Shown here one piece after another: positions 25,101 through 37,100 of a stretch of DNA of 64,000 nucleotides. A model generated the notes under the pieces. It ran no database searches. It was not told where the DNA came from and saw nothing but the letters and a program-made list of their open reading frames with translations. The number at the start of each line of letters is the position of its first letter. Positions within the stretch are counted from its first letter, which is position 1. This DNA is from Lingula anatina (taxonomy: Eukaryota; Animalia; Brachiopoda). The stretch lies in NCBI GenBank assembly GCA_051362555.1, contig CM120647.1:10516651-10580650 (forward strand), in the 5' to 3' direction. The position numbers and the translations under genes were made by a program.

Positions 25101-28100
25101 TGCTGGAAGAGTGATTGTGTCATTATTTAGGAAGAAATAGAGCAAAAACTCTCTCCACCCCCCCTCTCTCCAAATCCTGTTCTCAGGTGTGCTTTCTGGC
25201 AATCTTTAAAGCTGAAATTGGGGGCTTTAATGAAGTGACCCGGGCGCGTTTCCACATTTTTTATGAATGTCAGGTGTGGTAAATTAATTTTCATCACTTT
25301 TTGGAAAAATTGGTGACGGGTCATTTTTGGGTGATTTTGAGAGATTTTCGTAAGGTCCGGATATGGCAGTTTTCTTCAATTTTGGCCAGGTAGGGATGAA
25401 AAATTTTTTTCTTCAATATTGTGTCAGGTAGGTGTGTTTGGTCATTTGTAGTGAGGGTAAAGTGCTGGAAGAGTGATTGTGTCATTATTTAGGAAGAAAT
25501 AGAGCAAAAACTCTCTCCACCCCCCTCTCTCCAAATCCTGTTCTCAGGTGTGCTTTCTGGCAATCTTTAAAGCTGAAATTGGGGGCTTTAATGAAGTGAC
25601 CCGGGCGCGTTTCCACATTTTTTATGAATGTCAGGTGTGGTAAATTAATTTTCATCACTTTTTGGAAAAATTGGTGACGGGTCATTTTTGGGTGATTTTG
25701 AGAGATTTTCGTAAGGTCCGGATATGGCAGTTTTCTTCAATTTTGGCCAGGTAGGGATGAAAAATTTTTTTCTTCAATATTGTGTCAGGTAGGTGTGTTT
25801 GGTCATTTGTAGTGAGGGTAAAGTGCTGGAAGAGTGATTGTGTCATTATTTAGGAAGAAATAGAGCAAAAACTCTCTCCACCCCCCCCTCTCTCCAAATC
25901 CTGTTCTCAGGTGTGCTTTCTGGCAATCTTTAAAGCTGAAATTGGGGGCTTTAATGAAGTGACCCGGGCGCGTTTCCACATTTTTTATGAATGTCAGGTG
26001 TGGTAAATTAATTTTCATCACTTTTTGGAAAAATTGGTGACGGGTCACTTTTGGGTGATTTTGAGAGATTTTCGTAAGGTCCGGATATGGCAGTTTTCTT
26101 CAATTTTGGCCAGGTAGGGATGAAAAATTTTTTTCTTCAATATTGTGTCAGGTAGGTGTGTTTGGTCATTTGTAGTGAGGGTAAAGTGCTGGAAGAGTGA
26201 TTGTGTCATTATTTAGGAAGAAATAGAGCAGAAACTCTCTCCACCCCCCCTCTCTCCAAATCCTGTTCTCAGGTGTGCTTTCTGGCAATCTTTAAAGCTG
26301 AAATTGGGGGCTTTAATGAAGTGACCCGGGCGCGTTTCCACATTTTTTATGAATGTCAGGTGTGGTAAATTAATTTTCATCACTTTTTGGAAAAATTGGT
26401 GACGGGTCATTTTTGGGTGATTTTGAGAGATTTTCGTAAGGTCCGGATATGGCAGTTTTCTTCAATTTTGGCCAGGTAGGGATGAAAAAATTTTTTCTTC
26501 AATATTGTGTCAGGTAGGTGTGTTTGGTCATTTGTAGTGAGGGTAAAGTGCTGGAAGAGTGATTGTGTCATTATTTAGGAAGAAATAGAGCAGAAACTCT
26601 CTCCACCCCCCCTCTCTCCAAATCCTGTTCTCAGGTGTGCTTTCTGGCAATCTTTAAAGCTGAAATTGGGGGCTTTAATGAAGTGACCCGGGCGCGTTTC
26701 CACATTTTTTATGAATGTCAGGTGTGGTAAATTAATTTTCATCACTTTTTGGAAAAATTGGTGACGGGTCATTTTTGGGTGATTTTGAGAGATTTTCGTA
26801 AGGTCCGGATATGGCAGTTTTCTTCAATTTTGGCCAGGTAGGGATGAAAAATTTTTTTCTTCAATATTGTGTCAGGTAGGTGTGTTTGGTCATTTGTAGT
26901 GAGGGTAAAGTGCTGGAAGAGTGATTGTGTCATTATTTAGGAAGAAATAGAGCAAAAACTCTCTCCACCCCCCCTCTCTCCAAATCCTGTTCTCAGGTGT
27001 GCTTTCTGGCAATCTTTAAAGCTGAAATTGGGGGCTTTAATGAAGTGACCCGGGCGCGTTTCCACATTTTTTATGAATGTCAGGTGTGGTAAATTAATTT
27101 TCATCACTTTTTGGAAAAATTGGTGACGGGTCATTTTTGGGTGATTTTGAGAGATTTTCGTAAGGTCCGGATATGGCAGTTTTCTTCAATTTTGGCCAGG
27201 TAGGGATGAAAAATTTTTTTCTTCAATATTGTGTCAGGTAGGTGTGTTTGGTCATTTGTAGTGAGGGTAAAGTGCTGGAAGAGTGATTGTGTCATTATTT
27301 AGGAAGAAATAGAGCAAAAACTCTCTCCACCCCCCCTCTCTCCAAATCCTGTTCTCAGGTGTGCTTTCTGGCAATCTTTAAAGCTGAAATTGGGGGCTTT
27401 AATGAAGTGACCCGGGCGCGTTTCCACATTTTTTATGAATGTCAGGTGTGGTAAATTAATTTTCATCACTTTTTGGAAAAATTGGTGACGGGTCATTTTT
27501 GGGTGATTTTGAGAGATTTTCGTAAGGTCCGGATATGGCAGTTTTCTTCAATTTTGGCCAGGTAGGGATGAAAAATTTTTTTCTTCAATATTGTGTCAGG
27601 TAGGTGTGTTTGGTCATTTGTAGTGAGGGTAAAGTGCTGGAAGAGTGATTGTGTCATTATTTAGGAAGAAATAGAGCAAAAACTCTCTCCACCCCCCCTC
27701 TCTCCAAATCCTGTTCTCAGGTGTGCTTTCTGGCAATCTTTAAAGCTGAAATTGGGGGCTTTAATGAAGTGACCCGGGCGCGCTTCCACATTTTTTATGA
27801 ATGTCAGGTGTGGTAAATTAATTTTCATCACTTTTTGGAAAAATTGGTGACGGGTCATTTTTGGGTGATTTTGAGAGATTTTCGTAAGGTCCGGATATGG
27901 CAGTTTTCTTCAATTTTGGCCAGGTAGGGATGAAAAATTTTTTTCTTCAATATTGTGTCAGGTAGGTGTGTTTGGTCATTTGTAGTGAGGGTAAAGTGCT
28001 GGAAGAGTGATTGTGTCATTATTTAGTAAGAAATAGAGCAAAAACTCTCTCCACCCCCCCTCTCTCCAAATCCTGTTCTCAGGTGTGCTTTCTGGCAATC

Positions 28101-31100
28101 TTTAAAGCTGAAATTGGGGGCTTTAATGAAGTGACCCGGGCGCGTTTCCACATTTTTTATGAATGTCAGGTGTGGTAAATTAATTTTCATCACTTTTTGG
28201 AAAAATTGGTGACGGGTCATTTTTGGGTGATTTTGAGAGATTTTCGTAAGGTCCGGATATGGCAGTTTTCTTCAATTTTGGCCAGGTAGGGATGAAAAAT
28301 TTTTTTCTTCAATATTGTGTCAGGTAGGTGTGTTTGGTCATTTGTAGTGAGGGTAAAGTGCTGGAAGAGTGATTGTGTCATTATTTAGGAAGAAATAGAG
28401 CAAAAACTCTCTCCACCCCCCCTCTCTCCAAATCCTGTTCTCAGGTGTGCTTTCTGGCAATCTTTAAAGCTGAAATTGGGGGCTTTAATGAAGTGAACCG
28501 GGCGCGTTTCCACATTTTTTATGAATGTCAGGTGTGGTAAATTAATTTTCATCACTTTTTGGAAAAATTGGTGACGGGTCATTTTTGGGTGATTTTGAGA
28601 GATTTTCGTAAGGTCCGGATATGGCAGTTTTCTTCAATTTTGGCCAGGTAGGGATGAAAAATTTTTTTCTTCAATATTGTGTCAGGTAGGTGTGTTTGGT
28701 CATTTGTAGTGAGGGTAAAGTGCTGGAAGAGTGATTGTGTCATTATTTAGGAAGAAATAGAGCAAAAACTCTCTCCACCCCCCCTCTCTCCAAATCCTGT
28801 TCTCAGGTGTGCTTTCTGGCAATCTTTAAAGCTGAAATTGGGGGCTTTAATGAAGTGACCCGGGCGCGTTTCCACATTTTTTATGAATGTCAGGTGTGGT
28901 AAATTAATTTTCATCACTTTTTGGAAAAATTGGTGACGGGTCATTTTTGGGTGATTTTGAGAGATTTTCGTAAGGTCCGGATATGGCAGTTTTCTTCAAT
29001 TTTGGCCAGGTAGGGATGAAAAATTTTTTTCTTCAATATTGTGTCAGGTAGGTGTGTTTGGTCATTTGTAGTGAGGGTAAAGTGCTGGAAGAGTGATTGT
29101 GTCATTATTTAGGAAGAAATAGAGCAAAAACTCTCTCCACCCCCCCTCTCTCCAAATCCTGTTCTCAGGTGTGCTTTCTGGCAATCTTTAAAGCTGAAAT
29201 TGGGGGCTTTAATGAAGTGACCCGGGCGCGTTTCCACATTTTTTATGAATGTCAGGTGTGGTAAATTAATTTTCATCACTTTTTGGAAAAATTGGTGACG
29301 GGTCATTTTTGGGTGATTTTGAGAGATTTTCGTAAGGTCTGGATATGGCAGTTTTCTTCAATTTTGGCCAGGTAGGGATGAAAAATTTTTTTCTTCAATA
29401 TTGTGTCAGGTAGGTGTGTTTGGTCATTTGTAGTGAGGGTAAAGTGCTGGAAGAGTGATTGTGTCATTATTTAGGAAGAAATAGAGCAAAAACTCTCTCC
29501 ACCCCCCCTCTCTCCAAATCCTGTTCTCAGGTGTGCTTTCTGGCAATCTTTAAAGCTGAAATTGGGGGCTTTAATGAAGTGACCCGGGCGCGTTTCCACA
29601 TTTTTTATGAATGTCAGGTGTGGTGAATTAATTTTCATCACTTTTTGGAAAAATTGGTGACGGGTCATTTTTGGGTGATTTTGAGAGATTTTCGTAAGGT
29701 CCGGATTTTTCAGTTTTCTTCAATTTTGGCCAGGTAGGGATGAAAAATTTTTTTTCTTCAATATTGTGTCAGGTAGGTGTGTTTGGTCATTTGTAGTGAG
29801 GGTAAAGTGCTGGAAGAGTGATTGTGTCATTATTTAGGAAGAAATAGAGCAAAAACTCTCTCCACCCCCCCTCTCTCCAAATCCTGTTCTCAGGTGTGCT
29901 TTCTGGCAATCTTTAAAGCTGAAATTGGGGGCTTTAATGAAGTGACCCGGGCGCGTTTCCACATTTTTTATGAATGTCAGGTGTGGTAAATTAATTTTCA
30001 TCACTTTCTGGAAAAATTGGTGACGGGTCATTTTTGGGTGATTTTGAGAGATTTTCGTAAGGTACGGATATGGCAGTTTTCTTCAATTTTGGCCAGGTAG
30101 GGATGAAAAATTTTTTTCTTCAATATTGTGTCAGGTAGGTGTGTTTGGTCATTTGTAGTGAGGGTAAAGTGCTGGAAGAGTGATTGTGTCATTATTTAGG
30201 AAGAAATAGAGCAAAAACTCTCTCCACCCCCCCTCTCTCCAAATCCTGTTCTCAGGTGTGCTTTCTGGCAATCTTTAAAGCTGAAATTGGGGGCTTTAAT
30301 GAAGTGACCCGGGCGCGTTTCCACATTTTTTATGAATGTCAGGTGTGGTAAATTAATTTTCATCACTTTTTGGAAAAATTGGTGACGGGTCATTTTTGGG
30401 TGATTTTGAGAGATTTTCGTAAGGTCCGGATATGGCAGTTTTCTTCAATTTTGGCCAGGTAGGGATGAAAAATTTTTTTCTTCAATATTGTGTCAGGTAG
30501 GTGTGTTTGGTCATTTGTAGTGAGGGTAAAGTGCTGGAAGAGTGATTGTGTCATTATTTAGGAAGAAATAGAGCAAAAACTCTCTCCACCCCCCCTCTCT
30601 CCAAATCCTGTTCTCAGGTGTGCTTTCTGGCAATCTTTAAAGCTGAAATTGGGGGCTTTAATGAAGTGACCCGGGCGCGTTTCTACATTTTTTATGAATG
30701 TCAGGTGTGGTAAATTAATTTTCATCACTTTTTGGAAAAATTGGTGACGGGTCATTTTTGGGTGATTTTGAGAGATTTTCGTAAGGTCCGGATATGGCAG
30801 TTTTCTTCAATTTTGGCCAGGTAGGGATGAAAAATTTTTTTCTTCAATATTGTGTCAGGTAATTGTGTTTGGTCATTTGTAGTGAGGGTAAAGTGCTGGA
30901 AGAGTGATTGTGTCATTATTTAGGAAGAAATAGAGCAAAAACTCTCTCCACCCCCCCTCTCTCCAAATCCTGTTCTCAGGTGTTCTTTCTGGCAATCTTT
31001 AAAGCTGAAATTGGGGGCTTTAATGAAGTGACCCGGGCGCGTTTCCACATTTTTTATGAATGTCAGGTGTGGTAAATTAATTTTCATCACTTTTTGGAAA

Positions 31101-34100
31101 AATTGGTGACGGGTCATTTTTGGGTGATTTTGAGAGATTTTCGTAAGGTCCGGATATGGCAGTTTTCTTCAATTTTGGCCAGGTAGGGATGAAAAATTTT
31201 TTTCTTCAATATTGTGTCAGGTAGGTGTGTTTGGTCATTTGTAGTGAGGGTAAAGTGCTGGAAGAGTGATTGTGTCATTATTTAGGAAGAAATAGAGCAA
31301 AAACTCTCTCCACCCCCCCTCTCTCCAAATCCTGTTCTCAGGTGTGCTTTCTGGCAATCTTTAAAGCTGAAATTGGGGGCTTTAATGAAGTGACCCGGGC
31401 GCGTTTCCACATTTTTTATGAATGTCAGGTGTGGTAAATTAATTTTCATCACTTTTTGGAAAAATTGGTGACGGGTCATTTTTGGGTGATTTTTAGAGAT
31501 TTTCGTAAGGTTCGGATATGGCAGTTTTCTTCAATTTTGGCCAGGTAGGGATGAAAAATTTTTTTCTTCAATATTGTGTCAGGTAGGTGTGTTTGGTCAT
31601 TTGTAGTGAGGGTAAAGTGCTGGAAGAGTGATTGTGTCATTATTTAGGAAGAAATAGAGCAAAAACTCTCTCCACCCCCCCTCTCTCCAAATCCTGTTCT
31701 CAGGTGTGCTTTCTGGCAATCTTTAAAGCTGAAATTGGGGGCTTTAATGAAGTGACCCGGGCGCGTTTCCACATTTTTTATGAATGTCAGGTGTGGTAAA
31801 TTAATTTTCATCACTTTTTGGAAAAATTGGTGACGGGTCATTTTTGGGTGATTTTGAGAGATTTTCGTAAGGTCCGGATATGGCAGTTTTCTTCAATTTT
31901 GGCCAGGTAGGGATGAAAAATTTTTTTCTTCAATATTGTGTCAGGTAGGTGTGTTTGGTCATTTGTAGTGAGGGTAAAGTGCTGGAAGAGTGATTGTGTC
32001 ATTATTTAGGAAGAAATAGAGCAAAAACTCTCTCCACCCCCCCTCTCTCCAAATCCTGTTCTCAGGTGTGCTTTCTGGCAATCTTTAAAGCTGAAATTGG
32101 GGGCTTTAATGAAGTGACCCGGGCGCGTTTCCACATTTTTTATGAATGTCAGGTGTGGTAAATTAATTTTCATCACTTTTTGGAAAAATTGGTGACGGGT
32201 CATTTTTGGGTGATTTTGAGAGATTTTCGTAAGGTCCGGATATGGCAGTTTTCTTCAATTTTGGCCAGGTAGGGATGAAAAATTTTTTTCTTCAATATTG
32301 TGTCAGGTAGGTGTGTTTGGTCATTTGTAGTGAGGGTAAAGTGCTGGAAGAGTGATTGTGTCATTATTTAGGAAGAAATAGAGCAAAAACTCTCTCCACC
32401 CCCCCTCTCTCCAAATCCTGTTCTCAGGTGTGCTTTCTGGCAATCTTTAAAGCTGAAATTGGGTCTTTAATGAAGTGACCCGGGCGCATTTCCACATTTT
32501 TTATGAATGTCAGGTGTGGTAAATTAATTTTCATCACTTTTTGGAAAAATTGGTGACGGGTCATTTTTGGGTGATTTTGAGAGATTTTCGTAAGGTCCGG
32601 ATATGGCAGTTTTCTTCAATTTTGGCCAGGTAGGGATGAAAAATTTTTTTCTTCAATATTGTGTCAGGTAGGTGTGTTTGGTCATTTGTAGTGAGGGTAA
32701 AGTGCTGGAAGAGTGATTGTGTCATTATTTAGGAAGAAATAGAGCAAAAACTCTCTCCACCCCCCCTCTCTCCAAATCCTGTTCTCAGGTGTGCTTTCTG
32801 GCAATCTTTAAAGCTGAAATTGGGGGCTTTAATGAAGTGACCCGGGCGCGTTTCCACATTTTTTATGAATGTCAGGTGTGGTAAATTAATTTTCATCACT
32901 TTTTGGAAAAATTGGTGACGGGTCATTTTTGGGTGATTTTGAGAGATTTTCGTAAGGTCCGGATATGGCAGTTTTCTTCAATTTTGGCCAGGTAGGGATG
33001 AAAAATTTTTTTCTTCAATATTGTGTCAGGTAGGTGTGTTTGGTCATTTGTAGTGAGGGTAAAGTGCTGGAAGAGTGATTGTGTCATTATTTAGGAAGAA
33101 ATAGAGCAAAAACTCTCTCCACCCCCCCTCTCTCCAAATCCTGTTCTCAGGTGTGCTTTCTGGCAATCTTTAAAGCTGAAATTGGGGGCTTTAATGAAGT
33201 GACCCGGGCGCATTTCCACATTTTTTATGAATGTCAGGTGTGGTAAATTAATTTTCATCACTTTTTGGAAAAATTGGTGACGGGTCATTTTTGGGTGATT
33301 TTGAGAGATTTTCGTAAGGTCCGGATATGGCAGTTTTCTTCAATTTTGGCCAGGTAGGGATGAAAAATTTTTTTCTTCAATATTGTGTCAGGTAGGTGTG
33401 TTTGGTCATTTGTAGTGAGGGTAAAGTGCTGGAAGAGTGATTGTGTCATTATTTAGGAAGAAATAGAGCAAAAACTCTCTCCACCCCCCCTCTCTCCAAA
33501 TCCTGTTCTCAGGTGTGCTTTCTGGCAATCTTTAAAGCTGAAATTGGGGGCTTTAATGAAGTGACCCGGGCGCGTTTCCACATTTTTTATGAATGTCAGG
33601 TGTGGTAAATTAATTTTCATCACTTTTTGGAAAAATTGGTGACGGGTCATTTTTGGGTGATTTTTAGAGATTTTCGTAAGGTCCGGATATGGCAGTTTTC
33701 TTCAATTTTGGCCAGGTAGGGATGAAAAATTTTTTTCTTCAATATTGTGTCAGGTAGGTGTGTTTGGTCATTTGTAGTGAGGGTAAAGTGCTGGAAGAGT
33801 GATTGTGTCATTATTTAGGAAGAAATAGAGCAAAAACTCTCTCCACCCCCCCTCTCTCCAAATCCTGTTCTCAGGTGTGCTTTCTGGCAATCTTTAAAGC
33901 TGAAATTGGGGGCTTTAATGAAGTGACCCGGGCGCGTTTCCACATTTTTTATGAATGTCAGGTGTGGTAAATTAATTTTCATCACTTTTTGGAAAAATTG
34001 GTGACGGGTCATTTTTGGGTGATTTTGAGAGATTTTCGTAAGGTCCGGATATGGCAGTTTTCTTCAATTTTGGCCAGGTAGGGATGAAAAATTTTTTTCT

Positions 34101-37100
34101 TCAATATTGTGTCAGGTAGGTGTGTTTGGTCATTTGTAGTGAGGGTAAAGTGCTGGAAGAGTGATTGTGTCATTATTTAGGAAGAAATAGAGCAAAAACT
34201 CTCTCCACCCCCCCTCTCTCCAAATCCTGTTCTCAGGTGTGCTTTCTGGCAATCTTTAAAGCTGAAATTGGGGGCTTTAATGAAGTGACCCGGGCGCGTT
34301 TCCACATTTTTTATGAATGTCAGGTGTGGTAAATTAATTTTCATCACTTTTTGGAAAAATTGGTGACGGGTCATTTTTGGGTGATTTTGAGAGATTTTCG
34401 TAAGGTCCGGATATGGCAGTTTTCTTCAATTTTGGCCAGGTAGGGATGAAAAATTTTTTTCTTCAATATTGTGTCAGGTAGGTGTGTTTGGTCATTTGTA
34501 GTGAGGGTAAAGTGCTGGAAGAGTGATTGTGTCATTATTTATGAAGAAATAGAGCAAAAACTCTCTCCACCCCCCTCTCTCCAAATCCTGTTCTCAGGTG
34601 TGCTTTCTGGCAATCTTTAAAGCTGAAATTGGGGGCTTTAATGAAGTGACCCGGGCACGTTTCCACATTTTTTATGAATGTCAGGTGTGGTAAATTAATT
34701 TTCATCACTTTTTGGAAAAATTGGTGACGGGTCATTTTTGGGTGATTTTGAGAGATTTTCGTAAGGTCCGGATATGGCAGTTTTCTTCAATTTTGGCCAG
34801 GTAGGGATGAAAAATTTTTTTCTTCAATATTGTGTCAGGTAGGTGTGTTTGGTCATTTGTAGTGAGGGTAAAGTGCTGGAAGAGTGATTGTGTCATTATT
34901 TAGGAAGAAATAGAGCAAAAACTCTCTCCACCCCCCCTCTCTCCAAATCCTGTTCTCAGGTGTGCTTTCTGGCAATCTTTAAAGCTGAAATTGGGGGCTT
35001 TAATGAAGTGACCCGGGCGCGTTTCCACATTTTTTATGAATGTCAGGTGTGGTAAATTAATTTTCATCACTTTTTGGAAAAATTGGTGACGGGTCATTTT
35101 TGGGTGATTTTTAGAGATTTTCGTAAGGTCCGGATATGGCAGTTTTCTTCAATTTTGGCCAGGTAGGGATGAAAAATTTTTGTCTTCAATATTGTGTCAG
35201 GTAGGTGTGTTTGGTCATTTGTAGTGAGGGTAAAGTGCTGGAAGAGTGATTGTGTCATTATTTAGGAAGAAATAGAGCAAAAACTCTCTCCACCCCCCCT
35301 CTCTCCAAATCCTGTTCTCAGGTGTGCTTTCTGGCAATCTTTAAAGCTGAAATTGGGGGCTTTAATGAAGTGACCCGGGCGCGTTTCCACATTTTTTATG
35401 AATGTCAGGTGTGGTAAATTAATTTTCATCACTTTTTGGAAAAATTGGTGACGGGTCATTTTTGGGTGATTTTGAGAGATTTTCGTAAGGTCCGGATATG
35501 GCAGTTTTCTTCAATTTTGGCCAGGTAGGGATGAAAAATTTTTTTCTTCAATATTGTGTCAGGTAGGTGTGTTTGGTCATTTGTAGTGAGGGTAAAGTGC
35601 TGGAAGAGTGATTGTGTCATTATTTAGGAAGAAATAGAGCAAAAACTCTCTCCACCCCCCCTCTCTCTAAATCCTGTTCTCAGGTGTGCTTTCTGGCAAT
35701 CTTTAAAGCTGAAATTGGGGGCTTTAATGAAGTGACCCGGGCGCGTTTCCACAATTTTTATGAATGTCAGGTGTGGTAAATTAATTTTCATCACTTTTTG
35801 GAAAAATTGGTGACGGGTCATTTTTGGGTGATTTTGAGAGATTTTCGTAAGGTCCGGATATGGCAGTTTTCTTCAATTTTGGCCAGGTAGGGATGAAAAA
35901 TTTTTTTCTTCAATATTGTGTCAGGTAGGTGTGTTTGGTCATTTGTAGTGAGGGTAAAGTGCTGGAAGAGTGATTGTGTCATTATTTAGGAAGAAATAGA
36001 GCAAAAACTCTCTCCACCCCCCCTCTCTCCAAATCCTGTTCTCAGGTGTGCTTTCTGGCAATCTTTAAAGCTGAAATTGGGGGCTTTAATGAAGTGACCC
36101 GGGCGCGTTTCCACATTTTTTATGAATGTCAGGTGTGGTAAATTAATTTTCATCACTTTTTGGAAAAATTGGTGACGGGTCATTTTTGGGTGATTTTGAG
36201 AGATTTTCGTAAGGTCCGGATATGGCAGTTTTCTTCAATTTTGGCCAGGTAGGGATGAAAAATTTTTTTCTTCAATATTGTGTCAGGTAGGTGTGTTTGG
36301 TCATTTGTAGTGAGGGTAAAGTGCTGGAAGAGTGATTGTGTCATTATTTAGGAAGAAATAGAGCAAAAACTCTCTCCACCCCCCCTCTCTCCAAATCCTG
36401 TTCTCAGGTGTGCTTTCTGGCAATCTTTAAAGCTGAAATTGGGGGCTTTAATGAAGTGACCCGGGCGCATTTCCACATTTTTTATGAATGTCAGGTGTGG
36501 TAAATTAATTTTCATCACTTTTTGGAAAAATTGGTGACGGGTCATTTTTGGGTGATTTTGAGAGATTTTCGTAAGGTCCGGATATGGCAGTTTTCTTCAA
36601 TTTTGGCCAGGTAGGGATGAAAAATTTTTTTCTTCAATATTGTGTCAGGTAGGTGTGTTTGGTCATTTGTAGTGAGGGTAAAGTGCTGGAAGAGTGATTG
36701 TGTCATTATTTAGGAAGAAATAGAGCAAAAACTCTCTCCACCCCCCCTCTCTCCAAATCCTGTTCTCAGGTGTGCTTTCTGGCAATCTTTAAAGCTGAAA
36801 TTGGGGGCTTTAATGAAGTGACCCGGGCGCGTTTCCACATTTTTTATGAATGTCAGGTGTGGTAAATTAATTTTCATCACTTTTTGGAAAAATTGGTGAC
36901 GGGTCATTTTTGGGTGATTTTGAGAGATTTTCGTAAGGTCCGGATATGGCAGTTTTCTTCAATTTTGGCCAGGTAGGGATGAAAAATTTTTTTTTTCAAT
37001 ATTGTGTCAGGTAGGTGTGTTTGGTCATTTGTAGTGAGGGTAAAGTGCTGGAAGAGTGATTGTGTCATTATTTAGGAAGAAATAGAGCAAAAACTCTCTC

